Source of the DNA: Candidatus Xenobia bacterium
GTDB taxonomy: Bacteria; Vulcanimicrobiota; Xenobia; Xenobiales; QWHO01
Direction: 5' to 3'
Assembly: GCA_045863235.1 (NCBI GenBank)
Contig: BTUM01000057.1
Span: 1 to 51,254 of the forward strand
DNA length: 51,254 nucleotides
In this document: positions 1-6,526 of the stretch, in pieces
Numbering within the stretch: the stretch's first letter is position 1
Layout of the letters: each line of letters starts with the position of its first letter
Notes under the pieces: generated by a model
The model's input: only the letters and a program-made list of their open reading frames with translations
What the model was told of the DNA's origin: nothing
Databases searched by the model: none
Program-made: the position numbers and the translations under genes

Positions 1-1002
1 ACCCAGAAGTATCCCTCCGACGGCGAGGACGGCGGTGGCGGCGGCGGCATCGGCACCACGCTGAAGTTCCCCTCCGATGGCGAGGACGGCGGTGGCGGCG
101 GCGGGATCGGCACCACGCAAAAGTACCCCTCTGACGGCGAGGACGGTGGAGGAGGGCCTGGCCCCATCAGCACGCTGAAGTATCCTTCCGATGGCGAGGA
201 CGGGGGCGGTGGACCGGGTCCCATCAGCACGCTCAAGTTCCCCTCTGACGGCGAGGACGGCGGTGGAGGCCCGATCGGTGGCGGCCCGGGCCCCATCACC
301 ACGCTCAAGTTCCCTTCCGATGGTGAGGACGGTGGAGGCGGACCTGGCCCCATCGGCACGGCCAAGTATCCCTCCGACGGCGAGGACGGCGGAGGAGGCC
401 CTGGCCCCATTACCACGCTCAAGTTCCCTTCTGACGGAGAGGACGGCGGTGGGGGACCTGGCCCCATCAGCACCTTGAAGTTCCCCTCCGATGGGGAAGA
501 TGGCGGCGGAGGCGGCCCGATCGTGAAGATCCGGGCGGACGACGACAACGGGCCCCCCATGCAGACCATGAAATACCCCAGCGACGCCGAGGATGGTGGC
601 GGCGGTGGCCCCGGGCCCATCAACACCACGCTCAAGTTCCCTTCCGATGGCGAGGACGGGGGCGGAGGGGGCCCGATCGTCAAAGTGCGAGCTGACGACG
701 ACAACGGTCCCCCCATGCAGACCATGAAGTATCCCTCCGATGGGGAGGACGGTGGCGGCGGAGGCGGCCCGATCGTGAAGGTGCGGGCGGATGATGACAC
801 CGGTCCCCCCATGCAGACCATGAAGTATCCCTCGGACGGCGAGGACGGAGGAGGGGGCGGCCCGATCATCAAAGTGCGGGCCGATGACGACAACGGTCCG
901 CCCATGCAGACCTTGAAGTATCCATCCGACGGGGAGGACGGGGGAGGTGGCGGCCCCATCGCTGTCACCAAGAAGTTCCCGTCCGACGCTGAAGACGGAG
1001 GA
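1..1002 (+). repeat. Coding tandem repeat: mostly 57-bp units (19 aa), then 93-96-bp units (31-32 aa)
   Basis: Core Thr codons start at 1, 58, 115, 172, 229, 301, 358, 415, 472, 565, 628, 721, 817, 910 and 967. Confidence 0.95.
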
Positions 1003-1017
1003 GTCCGCACCGCCTAG
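1..1017 (+). CDS. Multi-core microviridin-type (graspetide) precursor peptide, 5'-truncated by the window edge
   Basis: Frame +1 is open from base 1 to TAG at 1015-1017; the ORF track shows only 475-1017. Manual translation gives 15 copies of TxK[YF]PSD[GA]ED, matching the microviridin core TxKYPSDxE[ED]. It lies directly upstream of two ATP-grasp ligases. Confidence 0.93.
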   Translation, partial: TQKYPSDGEDGGGGGGIGTTLKFPSDGEDGGGGGGIGTTQKYPSDGEDGGGGPGPISTLKYPSDGEDGGGGPGPISTLKFPSDGEDGGGGPIGGGPGPITTLKFPSDGEDGGGGPGPIGTAKYPSDGEDGGGGPGPITTLKFPSDGEDGGGGPGPISTLKFPSDGEDGGGGGPIVKIRADDDNGPPMQTMKYPSDAEDGGGGGPGPINTTLKFPSDGEDGGGGGPIVKVRADDDNGPPMQTMKYPSDGEDGGGGGGPIVKVRADDDTGPPMQTMKYPSDGEDGGGGGPIIKVRADDDNGPPMQTLKYPSDGEDGGGGGPIAVTKKFPSDAEDGGVRTA

Positions 1018-1964
1018 TGATCCTGTTGTTGACCCACGCGGGCGACTTCTACACCATCGATGGCGTAGAAGCCGCCCTGCAGCGTTTTGGAGCGCAATAT
1101 TTCCGCCTGGACACCGATCGGTTCCCGATGGAGTATACGCTCACGTCCCGAGCCGGCGAGGGCAGCTTTCTCGAGGCCGCTGGCCAGACGCTGGCTCTGA
1201 GCCAGACGACCGCGGTCTGGAACCGGAGGCTGTACCCCGGGCACGTCCCGCCCGAGCTGCCCTTCGAACAGGCCCGCTTCAGCGCCGAGACCTGCCGCAC
1301 GGCCTTCCTCAACGCCTTTGACCGGCTGGATCAGGCCTACTGGATCAACCCTCTGCGAGCCCAGGATGCGGCCGAGTCCAAGCTGTTGCAGCTCGATCTG
1401 GCCCGCGAGGTGGGCCTGCGCGTGCCGCCCACGCTGATCACCAATCGGCCTCAGGAGGTGCGCGACTTTGCCCAGCACCACCCCCGCCTGGTGACCAAGC
1501 TCCTGGTGCAGCAGGTGCAATCCATGCAGGCTCATCCCGCCTTTGGCTACACGACCAGGGTCCAGCCCGAACATCTGGATCAGCTCGAGCAACTGCGCCT
1601 GATGCCCCAGATCTTTCAGCCCGAGCTGACCAAGAAGGTCGAGTACCGGGCCGTGGCGGTGGGCGGGAAGCTGTTCGTGGGAGGTCTGCGCGGCCTGGGC
1701 GACCTGATCGACTGGCGCCAGGCCCCGGTCGATTCGGGCCTGGCCTGGGAGAAGGCCACGTTCGATGGGGCCCTGCACGGCAAGATCCTGATGCTCCTGC
1801 AACGACTTGGTTTGCGCTTCGGCGCCCTGGACTTCATCGACGACGGCTCGGGCGAGCCCTGGTTCCTTGAGTGCAACCCTGCTGGAGAATGGGGCTGGCT
1901 GGAGCGCGACCTGGGCATGCCCATCGCCGAGACCATCGCCCGGGCGCTGGTGGAACGCTCGTGA
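1017..1964 (+). CDS. mvdC: ATP-grasp RiPP ligase, MdnB/MvdC-like (probable omega-amide forming)
   Basis: N-terminus ILLLTHAGDFYTID, RLDTDRFP, VWNRR, ESKLLQL, PPTLITN and FLECNPAGEWGWLERDLG follow the MdnB/MvdC pattern. The GTG start overlaps the precursor stop (TAGTG). Confidence 0.88.
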   Translation: MILLLTHAGDFYTIDGVEAALQRFGAQYFRLDTDRFPMEYTLTSRAGEGSFLEAAGQTLALSQTTAVWNRRLYPGHVPPELPFEQARFSAETCRTAFLNAFDRLDQAYWINPLRAQDAAESKLLQLDLAREVGLRVPPTLITNRPQEVRDFAQHHPRLVTKLLVQQVQSMQAHPAFGYTTRVQPEHLDQLEQLRLMPQIFQPELTKKVEYRAVAVGGKLFVGGLRGLGDLIDWRQAPVDSGLAWEKATFDGALHGKILMLLQRLGLRFGALDFIDDGSGEPWFLECNPAGEWGWLERDLGMPIAETIARALVERS

Positions 1965-2959
1965 GCGTCCTGCTCATCACCCGCAGCGACGACAACGACA
2001 GCGTCAAGATGGTGGCCCGGGCGCTGACGGACCTGGGTCTGGAGCCCATCCGCCTGGACACCGATCTTTATCCCATTTCGGTGCGTCTGACCACCAGCTT
2101 CGACGGCCCGGTGAGGCGGATGCTGGAGACGAAGGCAGGGCGCTTCGACCTTTCGCAGGTGAGCGCCCTGTGGTATCGGCGCTACTTCGCCGGCGGCCGC
2201 CTGCCGCTCGAGCTCGGCGACACCCGCGAGGCCTGCGTGGGCGAGGCTCGGCGCACCATGTACGGCTGCATCGCCTCCATGGGGTGCTTTCAGCTCGACC
2301 CCCTGATCTGCGTGCGGAAGACCGACCACAAGGAGCTGCAGCTGCAAAAGGCTCGCGAGTTCGGCCTGGAGATCCCGCCCACCTTGATCACCAACGATCC
2401 CGAGGAGGTCAAGGCCTTCTTTCATGCTCACGACGGCAACATCGTGACCAAGACCCAGTCGAGCTTTGCCATCTATCGCGGAGGCGAGGAGCAGGTGGTC
2501 TTCACCACTCCGGTCCGCAAGGAGAGCCTGGAGCAACTCGACGGTTTGCGCTATGCCCCTATGATGTTTCAGGCCCTGATCCCCAAGAAGGTGGAGCTGC
2601 GCTCCACCGTGACCGGCAAGCGCGTGCACACCGCTTACGTGGACTCGCAAAAGAGCGAGCTCAGCTCGGTGGACTGGCGGCGCGACGGGGTCGGCCTGAT
2701 CGATTCCTGGCACCCCTATGAGCTGCCCGATCAGGTGCGCGAGGGGTTGTTGCGCGTCACCGAGCACTTCGGGCTGAACTACGCGGCGGCCGACTTCATC
2801 GTCACCCCGGATGATCGCTACGTGTTCCTGGAGATCAATGCCGGGGGAGAGTGGTTCTGGCTGCAGCGCATCCTGCCCATCGCCGAGAGCCTGGCCGAGG
2901 TACTGGCCGGCAAGGCGCAGCGCATCCAACCTCTGGACCGCACCTTGGAGCTGGCTTGA
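1961..2959 (+). CDS. mvdD: ATP-grasp RiPP ligase, MdnC/MvdD-like (probable omega-ester forming)
   Basis: From GTG at 1961 (GTGA overlap): VLLITRSDDNDS, ALWYRR, HKELQLQ, TKTQSSFAIY...EEQVVFTTPV, DWRRDG and FLEINAGGEWFWL are colinear with MdnC/MvdD as recalled. Confidence 0.9.
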   Translation: MSVLLITRSDDNDSVKMVARALTDLGLEPIRLDTDLYPISVRLTTSFDGPVRRMLETKAGRFDLSQVSALWYRRYFAGGRLPLELGDTREACVGEARRTMYGCIASMGCFQLDPLICVRKTDHKELQLQKAREFGLEIPPTLITNDPEEVKAFFHAHDGNIVTKTQSSFAIYRGGEEQVVFTTPVRKESLEQLDGLRYAPMMFQALIPKKVELRSTVTGKRVHTAYVDSQKSELSSVDWRRDGVGLIDSWHPYELPDQVREGLLRVTEHFGLNYAAADFIVTPDDRYVFLEINAGGEWFWLQRILPIAESLAEVLAGKAQRIQPLDRTLELA

Positions 2960-3369
2960 GGCTGCTGCTGGCCCTGTGCGCTCTCTTGTTGCTGGCGGCC
3001 GCCCCAACCGACGAGGTGGCCAGGAGCACGGCCTTGCGCTGGCTGGCACGGGTGGATGCAGGCGACAACGGCCAGGTCTATTCCGGCCTGACCACGGCCA
3101 CCCGCGAGGGGATCAGCCGGGCCAGGTTGATCAACACCATCAAGGATGGCCGGGGACGGCTGGGCGAGTGCAAGAGTCACAAAGTGGTGGAGTGCAAGCG
3201 CGCCGAGGCTCACATCTTGATCGAGGTGATGAGCCGCTTTGAGGATGGTGTCCAGGCCACTGAGTTCGTCTGGCTGAGCGAGGACACCGATCAGCAATGG
3301 CGCGTCTCGGGCTACGAGCTGTATCACAACGGCAGCTCGCTGGTCAGGGTCGGAGTTACGCCCCGGTAG
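2956..3369 (+). CDS. Small secreted protein, DUF4019-like
   Basis: The TTG start overlaps the mvdD stop (TTGA), with GGAG upstream. Signal peptide MRLLLALCALLLLAAA; motifs WLARVDAG and EDTDQQWRVSGY. Confidence 0.6.
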   Translation: MRLLLALCALLLLAAAPTDEVARSTALRWLARVDAGDNGQVYSGLTTATREGISRARLINTIKDGRGRLGECKSHKVVECKRAEAHILIEVMSRFEDGVQATEFVWLSEDTDQQWRVSGYELYHNGSSLVRVGVTPR

Positions 3370-3411
3370 TCGAACCAGGCCGTCAGGGTAAGCTGGGGGA
3401 AACGCGGGTTC

Positions 3412-3495
3412 CTAAGCCATGAGGCCGGGTAACTCTAAGACCTCGGCGATCCAGCGGCCGTCAGTCTCTTGCTCGATTTCGATGGTGAATTCCAT
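3412..3495 (-). pseudogene. Truncated HicB-family antitoxin fragment
   Basis: Minus-strand translation MEFTIEIEQETDGRWIAEVLELPGLMA* resembles the HicB/UPF0150 N-terminus. It stops at TAG where YG is expected. Confidence 0.7.
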
Positions 3496-3730
3496 GCCCC
3501 CATCTTAACACTCGCCTCCGGACAGGAGGAACAGAGCAAGGGCCTGAGATTGGCCTCAAGCCGCCAACGCCAAGCGTACTCCTACCCGCCCCCCCCGTGA
3601 TTCGCCCGGACCAAAGTCGGCCAACCTCGAGTGGCCAGAGCTCGGGGGCTCTAGAATGGCGCCCTGACTCAGTTTGTGGTGTGCGGTTCTCATCTTCGCG
3701 GCGGCGTCGCGCCAGGCGTCTTTGCGCGGC

Positions 3731-4012
3731 CTAGACCATCTTTCTCAGTTCGTCAGCGGCCTGAGAGACTTCTGTCCATCGCTCGGCCAGACCTAGCTCG
3801 CCAGACGTGGCATGAGCAAATCCAGCCTCCCGTAGGGAGCGAACGATTCGGTCTGGGTCTTGACTGAGCACAAGGAGGTCCAAGTCCCTGGTGCCGCGCA
3901 CACGACCCCGCAATGGAAGGGCGGCCCCCCCGATCAGTGCCCAGGTAGTTTGAACCTGAGCGAACACCCGGACCAGCAACCTCAGAAGGTCAAGGGTCTT
4001 TTCTGCGAGCAA
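3731..4012 (-). pseudogene. Nucleotidyltransferase (AbiEii/MNT-like), probably internally deleted
   Basis: WALIGGAALPLRGRVRGTRDLDLLV is a Pol-beta-type NTase motif (GG...DxD), but the ORF is only 93 aa. Confidence 0.6.
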
Positions 4013-4127
4013 GTTCCAATGTCTTCCAGCGCTGCAGTTTCTCTGTCAGCCGGAGTGCGTCTTCTCGCTGCCAGCGAGCCCCAAGCTGACGCTCTGCTTG
4101 TTCACGTGTTGCGGCGCCGGCTTGCAT
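3990..4127 (-). CDS. Small hypothetical protein (45 aa), possible partner of the nucleotidyltransferase
   Basis: ATG at 4127 with GGAG upstream; the ORF overlaps the start of the NTase ORF. Confidence 0.35.
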   Translation of the reverse strand: MQAGAATREQAERQLGARWQREDALRLTEKLQRWKTLELARRKDP

Positions 4128-4146
4128 TTCTCCAGCCACTCCTAGA

Positions 4147-4229
4147 CTAGAAGTCCGGCCGCAAACCCCCATGTGGTGTCGGAGGGAACCTCCGCCACCA
4201 CAAGATGTTGTAGGCGGCCGGACTTCTAG
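4147..4229. repeat. Long hairpin with a perfect 16-bp outer inverted repeat
   Basis: CTAGAAGTCCGGCCGC (4147-4162) pairs with GCGGCCGGACTTCTAG (4214-4229). Inner stems are TGTGGTG/CACCACA and CGGAGG/CCTCCG. Confidence 0.85.
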
Positions 4230-4245
4230 CACAATATGTTGGGCG
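4197..4245. promoter_or_regulatory. Tandem NrdR-box-like sites
   Basis: CACAAGATGTTG at 4199 and CACAATATGTTG at 4230 are 31 bp apart and resemble the NrdR consensus acaCwAtATaTwGtg. Confidence 0.5.
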
Positions 4246-4800
4246 TCGCGCAGCCGGAAAACTGTGTCAAGGGGGTTTCCGGCTGCGCTCCTAGACTAGA
4301 GCCCATCCCAGATCGAGAGCTTCCGAAGACGCTCTTCTGGCGTGAGACTCATGACCCACGAATCGAAGGTTCCACGCAAGTAGGTTCGCTTTGTAGAGTC
4401 AGGGCGCCTTCACCAGGTGCGGAGCAAGCGCGCTGCTTCCTCTGCACTTCGCTCTCCTGTGGAGAACCAGCTTGAGCCTGGCGATCAAGCCGAGTTGGTA
4501 GGGGCCAGGGGCGTAAGACGCAAGTCAAGCCTCCTGGGGAGGGGTCCGTTGGTCCCCGGGTCGCGCACTATCGCACGTTTTTCCGTTCTTGCCCAGAGAA
4601 CCTGATATGGGCTTCTGTCACCCAGAGTCTGAAGGGCCAAGAGCCAGGTGCCTGGCCGCAGGGATTACAAGTTGACACCAATCGGTGTCGATAATTTGTT
4701 GATTGTGTTTAGGAGGAATGGGTGATGTCACAAATATTTAATAGCAAGGACATTTTTTGGAAACATGTCTTGGTTAGAATTAAGTCGGAGGGACGAACAC

Positions 4801-5994
4801 ATGACCATCGACTTCAACCCCGCTCTCAACAACATCTCAGGACCCGCCCGGGTCTCTCGGCCAGAGCTCGTGCCGCTCTCGGAAGCGCACGAGATGGGCC
4901 TGGTAACCGCGCCTTCGCCGGAGCAGATCAGGCAGCTTCAGGCCTACTATGGCGACGTGCTCGGGTCGTGTGATTGCATCCGGGGGCTTGGCTCGCAGTG
5001 CTATCGCTTCGAGGATGCCGGCGCCGGTCAGGCCATCGAGAACCTCCAGCACCAGAACCCGCAGGGCCCACTGACCGCCGAGCAACTCGTGCGCCTGATT
5101 CAGAGCGCCACCGAAGACCTGGATAACAGCGCGGCCGGCGCCGAGTTCAACGATCTGCAGAAGTTCGTCCAGAGCAACTGGAACCGGATGGACGACAAGG
5201 CCAAGCAAGTCTGGCAGGTTTACTACGAGAAGGTCATGGAGTCTCGCTCCCAGGGCAAGAGCGGCATCGACAATCAGCAGTATGAAGAGATGCTGAAGGA
5301 CATGAAGGAGATCGCTGGCTGCCAGGACGACAAGCAGTTCAAGGACGCCAGCGCCGGCGAGGCCATCAAGGCCCTCGAGCAGGAGAACCCCGAGGGCGTG
5401 ATCTCGGGCGATCAGATGCGGCGTTTGATCTACGATGCCACCAGCGACGCCGACAGCCAGGCCGCCGGTAAGGAATTCGACGACCTCTCCAAGTTCGTCA
5501 AGAAGAACTACGGACGGCTCTCGGCCGAGGCCAAGGAGATGTGGGACATCTACGCTCGCACCGTGGAGGAGCTGCGCGGCCAGGGTCAGACCGGCATTCC
5601 CTCCGACCGCTATGAGCAGATGTTCGAGGAGATGGAGGAAATTCAGGAATCGAACGAGGAGGCCAGCGAGAACTACGAGGACCCCGGGGCCGGTGACGCC
5701 ATCGAGAGCCTGCAGCGGCGCAACCCGGAGGGACAGATCTCGGGCGTTCAGATGCGCCGGCTCGTGCTTGACGCCACCAAGGACAAGGACGGTCAGGCTG
5801 CCGGAGCCGAGTACGAGGATTTGAAGCGCTTCGTGGACGCCAACCGCGACCGCCTGTCCGACGAGGCGCTGGCCATCTGGCAGGTGTACAGCCGCACGGT
5901 CGAGCGCGCGCGCTCTCAGGGCCAGGACTTCATCGACGATGAGTCCTACCAGGAGATGGTGGGCGAGATGAAGGACGTGCTCGAAGGGGATTGA
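4801..5994 (+). CDS. Hypothetical protein with three tandem ~110-aa helical domains
   Basis: RBS GGAGG precedes ATG 4801. Repeats begin FEDAGAG (5008), FKDASAG (5338) and YEDPGAG (5674). Confidence 0.85.
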   Translation: MTIDFNPALNNISGPARVSRPELVPLSEAHEMGLVTAPSPEQIRQLQAYYGDVLGSCDCIRGLGSQCYRFEDAGAGQAIENLQHQNPQGPLTAEQLVRLIQSATEDLDNSAAGAEFNDLQKFVQSNWNRMDDKAKQVWQVYYEKVMESRSQGKSGIDNQQYEEMLKDMKEIAGCQDDKQFKDASAGEAIKALEQENPEGVISGDQMRRLIYDATSDADSQAAGKEFDDLSKFVKKNYGRLSAEAKEMWDIYARTVEELRGQGQTGIPSDRYEQMFEEMEEIQESNEEASENYEDPGAGDAIESLQRRNPEGQISGVQMRRLVLDATKDKDGQAAGAEYEDLKRFVDANRDRLSDEALAIWQVYSRTVERARSQGQDFIDDESYQEMVGEMKDVLEGD

Positions 5995-6050
5995 CAGCGC
6001 CGGGCACAGTCCGGTAGGAGCCGGCCCGGGTCGGTCGCGAAGCGCCTCTC

Positions 6051-6437
6051 GTGGGGGATCGAGCCAACATCTACGTCGTCCAGCACCCGGTCGGCCCGCC
6101 CAAGGGCGGAGTCTACCTCTACACCCACTGGGGCGGCGAAGACCTTCCCAGGGTCGTTCAGGCCGCTTTGAAGCGGGGCCGCGACCGCTGGGACGACGAG
6201 TGCTACCTGGCCCGCATCCTCTTGAGCCAGATGACCCGCGGAGATGCCATGGGCACCACCGGTGTGGGCATCACCACCTATCTGACCGACAACGAGTATC
6301 CCATTCTGGTGATCGATACCGACAGCGCGACCGTGGGGTTCGCCAGGCCGGGCAAAGAGCCCAAGTGCTTCGTCAGCTATTCCTTCGAAGACTTCCTGGC
6401 GCTCAAGAAGTTCCCTGACTGGGAACCGGTCGACTGA
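6051..6437 (+). CDS. Hypothetical protein
   Basis: 128-aa ORF with normal GC3 bias; MGDRANIY...VYLYTHWGG...RWDDECYLARI. Confidence 0.75.
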   Translation: MGDRANIYVVQHPVGPPKGGVYLYTHWGGEDLPRVVQAALKRGRDRWDDECYLARILLSQMTRGDAMGTTGVGITTYLTDNEYPILVIDTDSATVGFARPGKEPKCFVSYSFEDFLALKKFPDWEPVD

Positions 6438-6526
6438 GCCGGCAGGGTTCCCCCCTCCTTCAGGAAGAAGTCCGGCCGACTTTCCGACCAGAGCCAGACC
6501 AGAACCTTTGAGAGGGCTTCCAACCG

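Noticed and set aside
191..478. 95-aa ORF in frame +2, and the 475 start given for the precursor
   Set aside because: The 95-aa ORF is a shadow frame of the repeat. The precursor frame is open from base 1, so 475 is not its true start.
1..1002. CRISPR array or non-coding tandem repeat
   Set aside because: Unit lengths are all multiples of 3, variation is mostly synonymous, the spacers are not unique, and no cas genes are present. It is a coding repeat.
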